Below are positions 32,958 to 41,954 of a stretch of 64,000 nt of DNA, in pieces (within the stretch, counting starts at the first letter, position 1; each line of letters begins with the position of its first letter). This stretch comes from a virus: positions 1 to 64,000 of IMG/VR virus record IMGVR_UViG_3300030119_000552; one strand, 5' to 3'. The notes beneath the pieces were generated by a model. It was not told the origin of the DNA, ran no database searches, and was given only the letters and a program-made list of their open reading frames with translations. Both the position numbers and the translations under genes were made by a program.

Positions 32958-33566
32958 ATGTATCAATATGTTAGTTCCACCGAAAACTTGGTCCTACTAC
33001 TTACCCACTACTGGACTCCATTGAATGTTACATCCGTAAAAGAGGGTTTGAAAAAGTTAATGGGTGCTAAAGAAAGATTCCACAAAACAAGACCGAAAGT
33101 GATGGCAGTTGCCAGTGATGGAACTACCTGTGACTGGAATACTTGGATTGAATATAAGCATGGGTTTTATCCAAACCAACCATTTGTTCGTTCGGTTAAT
33201 CACGTGATTCCCGTTCCTACAATTTTATTAACAACTGCAAATTTCACTTACAATGCTAAAAGGAAACCTTCCTTAAAATATCTGTACAAGAAGTACAACG
33301 GAATGTGTCAAATATGCGGAGAACACTTTCCTCAAAATAAATTGACCATAGAACACATAAAACCAAAAAGCAAAGGTGGTGATAACGATTATTTCAATTT
33401 GACATTAACTTGCGTAAAGTGTAATTCACGAAAAGGAAGTATATTTCCATACTACGATTACAAAGGTGATGTGTTGAAGGCAACTCCACCAAAACCTTTT
33501 TATGAAGTGGGTGGTGCTGGTCGTGAAGAATGGAAACCATATCTATTTAAAAATTCTTCTTTTTAA
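32958..33566 (+). CDS. HNH endonuclease
   Basis: CQICG..LTIEHIKPKSKGG...NL...C.KCN..K. Confidence 0.9.
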   Translation: MYQYVSSTENLVLLLTHYWTPLNVTSVKEGLKKLMGAKERFHKTRPKVMAVASDGTTCDWNTWIEYKHGFYPNQPFVRSVNHVIPVPTILLTTANFTYNAKRKPSLKYLYKKYNGMCQICGEHFPQNKLTIEHIKPKSKGGDNDYFNLTLTCVKCNSRKGSIFPYYDYKGDVLKATPPKPFYEVGGAGREEWKPYLFKNSSF

Positions 33567-33569
33567 TTG

Positions 33570-33598
33570 TTGACATTTCTTATAATAACAAGTATAGT
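33570..33598 (+). promoter_or_regulatory. sigma70-like promoter of the tRNA cluster
   Basis: TTGACA-N17-TATAGT. Confidence 0.8.
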
Positions 33599-33699
33599 GG
33601 TGGCACAATTAATTCTTCCTATGTAGGAAACATAGGCATAACGGCCGATAAGGGGTGTCCAAACCATTCGCAATGAGAGGGGCAAAACATTTCTTTCAC

Positions 33700-33775
33700 G
33701 CATCGGTGGCTCGAATGGTTAGGCAAGGGACTGCAAATCCCTATTATGCAGGTTCAAGTCCTGTCCGATGCTCCA
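33700..33775 (+). tRNA. tRNA-Cys(GCA)
   Basis: Cloverleaf, anticodon GCA, U discriminator, encoded CCA. Confidence 0.95.
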
Positions 33776-33789
33776 TAAACAATTTTTAT

Positions 33790-33865
33790 GCCACCTTAGC
33801 TCAGTTGGTAGAGCACCTCACTTGTAATGAGGATGTCGTCAGTTCGAATCTGACAGGTGGCTCCA
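33790..33865 (+). tRNA. tRNA-Thr(TGT)
   Basis: Cloverleaf, anticodon arm CCTCA-CTTGTAA-TGAGG, CCA. Confidence 0.96.
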
Positions 33866-33876
33866 TTTTAATGTGT

Positions 33877-33953
33877 CGGGGTATAGCGTAGCCTGGTATC
33901 GCGCTTGCTTTGGGAGCAAGAGGTCGCAGGTTCAAATCCTGCTATCCCGACCA
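33877..33953 (+). tRNA. tRNA-Pro(TGG)
   Basis: Anticodon arm CTTGC-TTTGGGA-GCAAG, CCA. Confidence 0.96.
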
Positions 33954-33956
33954 TGT

Positions 33957-34033
33957 GTCCACATCGTCTAGTCAGGTTAGGACACCGGGTTTTCATCCCG
34001 GCAACCGGAGTTCGAATCTCCGTGTGGATGCCA
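33957..34033 (+). tRNA. tRNA-Glu(TTC)
   Basis: Anticodon arm CCGGG-TTTTCAT-CCCGG, CCA. Confidence 0.95.
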
Positions 34034-34052
34034 TTTTGATTCAAAACACAAT

Positions 34053-34093
34053 AGGGTCGGATAAGTTTTATTCTTATTCGACCCTTCTTTTTT
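34053..34093 (+). terminator. terminator-like hairpin inside the tRNA cluster
   Basis: AGGGTCGGATAAG-N7-CTTATTCGACCCT followed by a U-tract. Confidence 0.7.
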
Positions 34094-34170
<77 letters not shown>

Positions 34171-34202
34171 TTTTTAGTTTAAAGTTATATTTATATATTC
34201 AC

Positions 34203-34934
34203 ATGGAAACAACAGAACTTAAACAATTGATAAAAACTTGTATTTCTGAACTATTATCTGAGGAAGGTGGGTTTAAATATAATGTAGCAAATTTAAGTTT
34301 AGATAAAGCAAGAGATTATGCTGAATCCGAGTTTATTAATGCAGGACAAACATTAAACGAAGTAATTCCAGATTTTGATAAAAATTACATGAATCTTCAA
34401 AAGGCGTGTAAATCTGCTTTAGATATTCCACGAATTGATATGCCTGTTATTGAACCGACTGATATGAAGTTATTCACCAAAAAACTTGCTCTTGGTCATA
34501 TTGATATTTTTAAACCTTACAAAATTGATTCTTTTATTGGTAGATTTCCAAAAGGATTGAATAAAAAAGTAGGTAAGCAATGGGTAAATCTCGGAATGCA
34601 AGATGGCAACCCAAAAGATGATGTTATCAAAGGTAAATGGACAAAGTTTCCTGCAAAGAATTTAAAACCAACTCAAAGTCAAATTTGGTTGGAAAAACTC
34701 GTTGGTAATATCATTCAATTTGGTGTACCATTAGATGGTTCTCCTATTACCAAAGCATCTGTTATTGCTTCACAAGAAGGTTATATATTAGACGGACATC
34801 ACCGTTATGGACAGGCAATGCTTGCTAACCCACCATTAAAGTTGTCAGCACTTTATATACCATTAGACATTAAAACACTACTTGCAATGGGTAGGTCATA
34901 CGGTAATGCAATAGGCAATAAACAAAAAGGTTAA
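34203..34934 (+). CDS. ParB/Srx-like domain protein with a probable head-protein leader
   Basis: LKPTQSQI...YILDGHHR; N-terminal LKQLIK.CISELLSEE. Confidence 0.7.
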   Translation: METTELKQLIKTCISELLSEEGGFKYNVANLSLDKARDYAESEFINAGQTLNEVIPDFDKNYMNLQKACKSALDIPRIDMPVIEPTDMKLFTKKLALGHIDIFKPYKIDSFIGRFPKGLNKKVGKQWVNLGMQDGNPKDDVIKGKWTKFPAKNLKPTQSQIWLEKLVGNIIQFGVPLDGSPITKASVIASQEGYILDGHHRYGQAMLANPPLKLSALYIPLDIKTLLAMGRSYGNAIGNKQKG

Positions 34935-35003
34935 TTCACCTTTATCATTTTTTATATAAATGTATATGTATATTCAATGGATATATATACATATATTTTA
35001 ATT

Positions 35004-35079
35004 GGGGCTGTAGCTCAGCTGGAAGAGCATCTGATTTGCATTCAGAAGGTCATCGGTTCGATCCCGTTCAGCTCCACCA
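35004..35079 (+). tRNA. tRNA-Ala(TGC)
   Basis: Anticodon TGC, G3:U70 pair, CCA. Confidence 0.96.
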
Positions 35080-35098
35080 ATTTTAAAGGAGCATCGTT

Positions 35099-35284
35099 AT
35101 GAAAGTAGAAATAGACAAAGAAACCAACGAAGTAGTTATTCGTTTGCCAATAGAAAAAGAACCAAAAGACTCTGCAAGTGGTAAAACAAAAATCATTGCA
35201 TCGTCAAGTGGAAGAAATGTTACAACCGAGTCATATGAAGGAAAGCAGTTGATGGTAACTGCTAGTGTTTATTATAAACCATAA
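35099..35284 (+). CDS. small hypothetical protein
   Basis: AAGGAG ribosome-binding site; SASGKT..IASS.G. Confidence 0.75.
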   Translation: MKVEIDKETNEVVIRLPIEKEPKDSASGKTKIIASSSGRNVTTESYEGKQLMVTASVYYKP

Positions 35285-35315
35285 CTTTTTTGTAATAGAT
35301 ATATATTTATTATAC

Positions 35316-36458
35316 ATGAAGTCCGAAAATATTGTTTGTGAAGAGTGGAAGGGGTATCGTCCCAATATGCCTGTTCAAGTTGTTGGTGTAAAAAACGGAA
35401 AGATTACATCCAATGGTGGTGGAGTTGAAGTATTTAAAAATCTCAAGGATGCACAGAAAAAGTATTCAGACCTTGATCATGAAGAAAATTCAAAGAGATT
35501 CACTTGGGTTATGCGAGGAGAGGTCAATGGAAAAGATGCCGGACGATTTGAAACATGGCAAGCAAATAAAATGTATTCTATGGAAGAGCAAACATTCCAA
35601 GATACAATGAAAGAAGCAAAATTTAATTCTCGTATTCTACCTGCTAATGTGGAAGACCTTGAAATGAAAACTTTAATTGTTGCAATCGGAAGTGCAGTTG
35701 TTGGGTTGCTAGATAAAATAAAAAAGAACACGGGATCAAATGCTAATCCAGTAAGTTTGCAAGTTATCAAAGGTGGAGATGCTATTAAATCTGCACTAAA
35801 AAGTCAAATGGATTTGAAAGGTAAAGATGCTCTTGTTGCGTTCTTCAAAGAAACAAATAAACACTTTGATGCGTCTGCTCCTGTTATATCAAGTATAGTG
35901 AGGAAATATAAATTGAAATCAGATAAGTATAGTGGTAAGGTATTCGCAGAACAAGAAACAAAATTACGTGAACTTGTTCGTGGTTATTTAAAAAAGATGT
36001 CAGAAAAGGTAGATGTAAACATTCCTGATAACATAGTTGATTTACAGGATCGTATTGCCCAAAAGAAGAACGATGTTTTTTGGTGGGAAAAGCAATTACA
36101 GAAATCAAGAAAGAATAGTTTAATTGCGATGCGGTCAATGCACCACCAACAAGCAAAGAAAGATTTAAAAGATTTGGAAAAAGCACTTAAAAAAGCACAA
36201 AAGAACGAGTCAACCGAAGAACCGATTGAAGAAGCAAAGAAAAGTAAAATGATTCCTATGGAAAAGTACGGAGCTGCCTTTATGGTTGATAATGGAGTTC
36301 TTTTATCTGTTCCTATGTTGCGTGATGGTGGGTTTGAAACCTTTGGTGGAGAACTTGATTGGGGTGAAGTAACTGCTCCGGAATCTCAAAAATTTCTTGA
36401 TGACATCAACAAAAAATTTAAGACGAAGTTCAAAATGAATGACTTCGCAGGTAGATAA
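35316..36458 (+). CDS. hypothetical multi-segment protein, probably virion-internal
   Basis: ATATTTAT motif before MKSE; repeated xxE linkers. Confidence 0.65.
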   Translation: MKSENIVCEEWKGYRPNMPVQVVGVKNGKITSNGGGVEVFKNLKDAQKKYSDLDHEENSKRFTWVMRGEVNGKDAGRFETWQANKMYSMEEQTFQDTMKEAKFNSRILPANVEDLEMKTLIVAIGSAVVGLLDKIKKNTGSNANPVSLQVIKGGDAIKSALKSQMDLKGKDALVAFFKETNKHFDASAPVISSIVRKYKLKSDKYSGKVFAEQETKLRELVRGYLKKMSEKVDVNIPDNIVDLQDRIAQKKNDVFWWEKQLQKSRKNSLIAMRSMHHQQAKKDLKDLEKALKKAQKNESTEEPIEEAKKSKMIPMEKYGAAFMVDNGVLLSVPMLRDGGFETFGGELDWGEVTAPESQKFLDDINKKFKTKFKMNDFAGR

Positions 36459-36787
36459 TGTATAAATTGGGTGAATCCAACATTCACGGGCATGGTTTAA
36501 TTGCTACTGAAGATATTGAACCAAATGTAGATATTGGATTAAGTCATATTGGTATTGGTTTGGTGAATGGAAAAGTTGTTGCCGGTGAAGCAACCGATAT
36601 AGGCAATTTTCAAAATCATAGCAATACACCAAATTGTGTTAATAGGATTGTAGACAAAGACCTACATATGGTTACCACACAAACAGTAAAATGTGGAGAC
36701 GAATTGACTGTAAATTTTTACGAAAATACAAATATTTGTGTTAACATAGAAAACTCCGAAAGTTGGAATAAAAGTCAATTTTTATAA
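36458..36787 (+). CDS. SET-domain protein (lysine methyltransferase fold)
   Basis: S.IHG.GLIA..DI, NHS..PN, GDELT..Y. Confidence 0.85.
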   Translation: MYKLGESNIHGHGLIATEDIEPNVDIGLSHIGIGLVNGKVVAGEATDIGNFQNHSNTPNCVNRIVDKDLHMVTTQTVKCGDELTVNFYENTNICVNIENSESWNKSQFL

Positions 36788-36801
36788 TATTTATAGATGT
36801 T

Positions 36802-37131
36802 ATGGGAAATAAAAAAGAATTTAGTGGGAAACCTTTTACAAAAGAAGATCGTGAACAATCACTTCAAGATATTCTTCCGTGTGAGATGGATGATAAAAGA
36901 ACCGTGTGCAATGTTGTTAGATTAATTTATCAATCTGCACAAGATGAAGCATATAATCTTGGTGCTATTCGTGAACTTGCCTTAGAAGCAATGTGGATGG
37001 GAAAACGAATGAATGATAAGTTAGAAAAAAATCGTCAAGAACAAATGTACGAAGAGTATATAAACCAAGACGAAAGTGATCTCAACTATAATTCTGATAT
37101 GTACGATCTTGCTCAAGGAAACTGGGATTAA
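36802..37131 (+). CDS. hypothetical protein
   Basis: ORF with ATATTTATA upstream. Confidence 0.7.
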   Translation: MGNKKEFSGKPFTKEDREQSLQDILPCEMDDKRTVCNVVRLIYQSAQDEAYNLGAIRELALEAMWMGKRMNDKLEKNRQEQMYEEYINQDESDLNYNSDMYDLAQGNWD

Positions 37132-37162
37132 ATAGTTATCGTTCTGATATGTATATATTGGA

Positions 37163-38716
37163 ATGACTAAACCAACTTGCTCAGACGAAACTTGCTCATA
37201 TCCAGAGACGTGTGACTGGAATAATATGTGTATGGCAGACCAATTAGAAATAGGTAATGAAGTAAGAATGTATGAAACCTCAATTGATAAGATTGGGGTT
37301 CTTTTGTGTCATGGTTTTTTATCAAAGCACGAACAGATGGTCCCACTCAGCAATTATATATACGAAACACTTGGTTGGGAAACAAGTTTGGTTGAACTAA
37401 CTGGACATGGTTATGATGAAGAAAATATTACAAGTGCAACTTGGTCTGATTGGGTGGATGACGTAAAAACCAAGTATTTGAATCTCAAACAAAGATGCGA
37501 TAAAGTTTACATGATTGGATTTTCGTTGGGTGGTTGTATATCTGCATATGTTGCAAGTTTGAAAAGCATCAAACCCGAAGGACTGATAATCATAAACGGA
37601 GTGTTTGGTGTAAAGAATGTTTTCAATAAACTTCTTCCTGGTGTTATGATATATAATAAAGTTTGCAAAAAGTTAAAACTACAAAAGATTATGTTGGAAT
37701 CCATTACCAATGATAGTGAGGCACCTGATTTGAACCAACCTCTTGTCAATTTATATGCTACAAACGAACTTCGTAAGATGTCCAAAATTACAGGCACTAT
37801 ATTGAAAGACATAAGATGTCCCACTTTCTTGATTCAGGAATATAACGATCCAACTGTATTTTATGGAAGTGGGAAACGAGCATTTAAAAAATTGGGTGCA
37901 ACCTTCAAAAGATTTCACACAACAAAACTGAATACCCACCTTACCATTTACGACAAAGGAATGGAGTGTAATGTATTTTGTAAAATTTTGGAGTTTCTGA
38001 AAGATGTTGAAAAAGACACATTTCTAAATATTGCTCACCGTGGTGCAAGTGGTGATTTTACCGAAAACACATTACAGGCATTTGAGGAAGCAATTCGACG
38101 TGGGTGCGATGCTATTGAATTTGATGTACAACCAATTGGTAATCAATTCCGAGTATTTCACGATGATAACTTTAAAAGAATGTTTGGTGTTGATAAAGAT
38201 TCAAATAAAATAAAAGAAAGTGAAGTAACCAAGTTGGTTTACCCAAATTTAGAAAAAATACCCACACTACAAGAAGCACTTGATTGTATTGCAGGTAGAG
38301 TTCACATAAACATTGAGATAAAGAGTTCAGAAGTTGCTACAAACATTGCTAATATTACAAGAACTTATCTTAAAAAACCAGAGTGGAACAACAAAGACAT
38401 AGTACTTTCAAGTTTCAGTAATGCCACTGTTAATATGCTAAGAAGACATTACAAGGAATTAAAGTTATCGTACTTGGTTTACGATCACTATTGTAATTTA
38501 AAAGATATGAAAGTTTTGAAAAGCAATTACTTTAGATATAATCTTCATTCTCTGAATCTTCCGTTGGAAGGTATTACACCTGAAATTGTAGAGTATTGCA
38601 ACAAAGATAATATACAGATATATGTATATACCGTAAATGAAACTAAACAAATTCGTTATTTAAGAGAACTTGGTGTAAGTGGAGTATTTACTGACTTTCC
38701 AAGATTGATACGATAA
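37163..38716 (+). CDS. alpha/beta-hydrolase (lipase/carboxylesterase) fused to glycerophosphodiester phosphodiesterase
   Basis: LCHGF, GFSLGG, D and H residues, then IAHRGASG..ENTL, EFDV, NIEIK, VYTVN, GVFTDFP. Confidence 0.9.
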   Translation: MTKPTCSDETCSYPETCDWNNMCMADQLEIGNEVRMYETSIDKIGVLLCHGFLSKHEQMVPLSNYIYETLGWETSLVELTGHGYDEENITSATWSDWVDDVKTKYLNLKQRCDKVYMIGFSLGGCISAYVASLKSIKPEGLIIINGVFGVKNVFNKLLPGVMIYNKVCKKLKLQKIMLESITNDSEAPDLNQPLVNLYATNELRKMSKITGTILKDIRCPTFLIQEYNDPTVFYGSGKRAFKKLGATFKRFHTTKLNTHLTIYDKGMECNVFCKILEFLKDVEKDTFLNIAHRGASGDFTENTLQAFEEAIRRGCDAIEFDVQPIGNQFRVFHDDNFKRMFGVDKDSNKIKESEVTKLVYPNLEKIPTLQEALDCIAGRVHINIEIKSSEVATNIANITRTYLKKPEWNNKDIVLSSFSNATVNMLRRHYKELKLSYLVYDHYCNLKDMKVLKSNYFRYNLHSLNLPLEGITPEIVEYCNKDNIQIYVYTVNETKQIRYLRELGVSGVFTDFPRLIR

Positions 38717-38743
38717 AGTTGTTTTAATATATATTTATTTCGT

Positions 38744-40300
38744 ATGGATGTTGTCCAACACTATTTGTCGGGATTTGATTTGCACGAAGTTACTTCTAAT
38801 TTAAAAGAATTATTGCACGAAGCTGCCACTACAAATGCTTCGGATGCCGAGGTTGCTATTTGTGTTGCGTACAACATCAAACAAGGTAAAAAAGAAGCAG
38901 ATGCTCTTAAATCAGCAGGTGTAGACAAAGCAACTTGGAAAAAGATTAAAGCAAACAAAGCAGTATACAATGCAGGTAAAAAAGTTGCGAAAGGATTAAA
39001 AAACATCGGTGGATCATTAACATGGTCTGGTAAAACATCTGCTACTACATTTTACAAAAGTGGAAAAAAAGAAGCAGGTAAAGCAGATATAATTGGTAAT
39101 AATCGCAATAGACTTTCTGTAAAACAAGCAAGCAGTTCTGCAAAAAGTGCTCAACTTGTTAGTGGTACGTCTGGTGAAGCAGTTGGATTATTCGAATATG
39201 CGGTAAAGCATTTAGAAGCAAGTGGAAGAAAACTTGCAAATGATTCCGAGTTAAAAGATTTATTTGACATACTTGAAAAAGAAATGGCAAAAGCAGTTCG
39301 CAATGACATCAATGTTGAAGTTGGAAAGGGTAAAAAAGATTTTCGTGATTGGGTAATTGCCGACAGTGGAAGGTATGATGAAGTTAAAGCAAAAGCAAAA
39401 AATGCGACTGACGAAGAAATCAAAAGACATATTCGTGCAGAACTTGCGGTTGCAAATGCTATATCTAATGCCGATGCTCCAAAACTTGAAGGTGATTATA
39501 TAAAAGGAGTTAAACCTATTACTCAAAAGCAGATTTCTAAAATGAGAGCAGATTATATTGGTTCGGATATGAAGATTGGTGATGTTACTATTGCAAAAGA
39601 CTATCTCGAAAAAGCAAATGTTCCGTCTGAATTATTAACCAAAGAAGCACTTAGAACACAAATAATGGATTTGATTGATGTGGCATTAAAAGCAGATTCT
39701 TGGAAAAATCGTATTCGTGAAATTATACAAAACAACTCGGAACTTAAAAAGTGGATCGTTTACGAGGCTGCAAGTGGTCTTGGAAAGTTTACAGGTAAAG
39801 CATCTAAAGGTGGAAATTATTTTGGTGATAATGTTGCAGTTGCAAATAAAATACTCGTATTTGATGCTAATGGTGTAAAAAAAGTACATGACCTGTACAA
39901 ATGGTCGCAAAGCAACGGAGATTTGTGTAATAATGTTGATATAAGTTTCAAAGGAAGTGGAAGACGTAAATTTGTAAAATTTGGATTGGCTGCTGAATCA
40001 ATAGAAAATGATATTAGTAATATCATCAATGAACAATATTTTGAATTTGAAAAACAACTTAAAGTTTTGAACGAAGGAAAAGTTTGGGATACCATAAAAA
40101 GTGGTTTTGATTCTGCTTCGTCTTGGGTAAAATCTTCTTATGAAAAAATAGAAGCATTAATTTTACAATTCTATGAAAGTGTAATAAAGAAAGTTCTTGA
40201 TTACTTTTGGGAACTATTTCAAAAAGGATTAAGTCCAGTTTTAGAAAAAATGGGATATATTATGGAAGGAGTTGTTTCTTTATCTGTTCCCATTTGGTGA
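38744..40300 (+). CDS. putative PD-(D/E)xK-fold nuclease-like protein 1
   Basis: E..I ... KADI ... LSVK; paralog of the next gene. Confidence 0.55.
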   Translation: MDVVQHYLSGFDLHEVTSNLKELLHEAATTNASDAEVAICVAYNIKQGKKEADALKSAGVDKATWKKIKANKAVYNAGKKVAKGLKNIGGSLTWSGKTSATTFYKSGKKEAGKADIIGNNRNRLSVKQASSSAKSAQLVSGTSGEAVGLFEYAVKHLEASGRKLANDSELKDLFDILEKEMAKAVRNDINVEVGKGKKDFRDWVIADSGRYDEVKAKAKNATDEEIKRHIRAELAVANAISNADAPKLEGDYIKGVKPITQKQISKMRADYIGSDMKIGDVTIAKDYLEKANVPSELLTKEALRTQIMDLIDVALKADSWKNRIREIIQNNSELKKWIVYEAASGLGKFTGKASKGGNYFGDNVAVANKILVFDANGVKKVHDLYKWSQSNGDLCNNVDISFKGSGRRKFVKFGLAAESIENDISNIINEQYFEFEKQLKVLNEGKVWDTIKSGFDSASSWVKSSYEKIEALILQFYESVIKKVLDYFWELFQKGLSPVLEKMGYIMEGVVSLSVPIW

Positions 40301-40328
40301 TAAACTTTTAAAGTATATATTTATTGTC

Positions 40329-41954
40329 GTGGACATTGTAGAGCATTTTATCAAAAATATTGATTCATCTTTTGAGGTAGATGATATTTTATGCGAACTT
40401 GCATTACATGATTTATTCAAAAGAGACAATAAACAAAGGTTTATTGATAAGGTTGATAACAACGAAATGCTTGATGATAAAAATAATCCACTTAAACTAA
40501 AAAGTGGAACTACATCTTTATGGAATGATATGAAAAAACAACTTTTATCTGCGAAAGATAAAGACGGAATATCTGATTGGGGTGGTCGTGGTGATACTAA
40601 AATAAAACAACTATTTGGTGTACCTATCAGTAAAATAGGCAAATCACAGAATGATATGAGTGGTGGTGCTAGTAGTGGAAATCCAAGTGGTGAAGATTGG
40701 GAAGCAATGATTGCTATTGGACTTGCCACTATTGAAAACAAAGACCCGTCAAAAGAAGTGCCAGATGAATGGTCACGAATAGAAAGAAAAGGTTTTTGGA
40801 ATAGTGATTTTAATCGTGACATTGCCGAAAAACTTGCAACTGCATTTAAAAAGAATGGATACAATCCAATTTCTCAAACAGGAAGTGGAAAGGGTGGTGC
40901 TGGTGTATCAGGTGAGTGGGGAGATATTTATAAAGAATACGGAAGTGGTTCTATGAACAAAACTCCGAAGACTGACATTAAAGGTGGGTCAAAGAAAATC
41001 TCTTTAAAGAAAGCAGGTGGTTCTCAAGCAATGAGTGCCAAGCAAGCAGAAGCAGCCGCAACATTTGGAGCAGCCGTTAGAATGTATGGCAAGAATTATC
41101 CAAGTAGTGTTAATACTATTTTAGATAAATTTAAAACTTCTGTGTTGGATTTATCTGATAGTAATTATCGTGGAAGCATTGATGCTCTTGAAAAAGATAT
41201 TAAAAGTAGTCAAGGTGATCCAAAGAAAATGAGAAATTTAAAACCCGTGATCGACAATTTAAAACAAGCACGTGACGATGGTAAGTTTATTACTTCGGAA
41301 ATGAATCGTGTATTTTTGTCTGATTCTAAGTTCAAAAATTTATTTGTATTTGAAGCAGCCACCGGTTCTGTTAAATTTGGTGATACATCAGAAAGTCGTG
41401 CTGATACAATGGTTGAAATTGATACTGATAGTGGTAAGATTACATCTCAATATAAAATGGACACACCAAATGACATTTCTTCTCTTGCCAATCAATACAA
41501 GTTTTATTTGTCATTCAAAACAAGTGGTAATAGTGTTCCTTATATGGCACTGCGAGGGAATATGGAACAAGACCCAAAGAAGGTTACGGGTTGGATGAAA
41601 AATCAACTAATGGAAAATAAAAACTTTTCAACGATATGTCCAACTTTTTTCAACATCATTAAAGAAGGATTTGAACAAGATGCTTTTGGTAAAAGACTTT
41701 TAAATGAATCAAGTTTTCAAAATCTAAACGAGTGGCAAATGCTAAAAAAAGTTCGTGACGGAATTACTTCTGTTAGCAACAAAGTAAAAGACCGTTTTGT
41801 TAAAATTTGGAATTGGATTTCTGAAAGAATATCCAAGGCATTTGATTGGATCAAAAAACAAGGTGCAAGAGCATTAGAATATTTGCAAAAGTTTTTTGGA
41901 ATCAAACTTGACAAGTGTGGAATAAGTGGAAAGTTAGAACTCTTTTCAAAATGA
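40329..41954 (+). CDS. putative PD-(D/E)xK-fold nuclease-like protein 2 (GTG start)
   Basis: WEAMI ... TPKTDI ... ISLKK; paralog of the previous gene. Confidence 0.6.
   Translation: MDIVEHFIKNIDSSFEVDDILCELALHDLFKRDNKQRFIDKVDNNEMLDDKNNPLKLKSGTTSLWNDMKKQLLSAKDKDGISDWGGRGDTKIKQLFGVPISKIGKSQNDMSGGASSGNPSGEDWEAMIAIGLATIENKDPSKEVPDEWSRIERKGFWNSDFNRDIAEKLATAFKKNGYNPISQTGSGKGGAGVSGEWGDIYKEYGSGSMNKTPKTDIKGGSKKISLKKAGGSQAMSAKQAEAAATFGAAVRMYGKNYPSSVNTILDKFKTSVLDLSDSNYRGSIDALEKDIKSSQGDPKKMRNLKPVIDNLKQARDDGKFITSEMNRVFLSDSKFKNLFVFEAATGSVKFGDTSESRADTMVEIDTDSGKITSQYKMDTPNDISSLANQYKFYLSFKTSGNSVPYMALRGNMEQDPKKVTGWMKNQLMENKNFSTICPTFFNIIKEGFEQDAFGKRLLNESSFQNLNEWQMLKKVRDGITSVSNKVKDRFVKIWNWISERISKAFDWIKKQGARALEYLQKFFGIKLDKCGISGKLELFSK

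Noticed and set aside
33605-33695. Twister, hammerhead or HDV-like (theta) ribozyme
   Set aside because: I could not build the required cores or pseudoknots by eye. The element is 5' of the tRNA, whereas theta ribozymes sit 3'.
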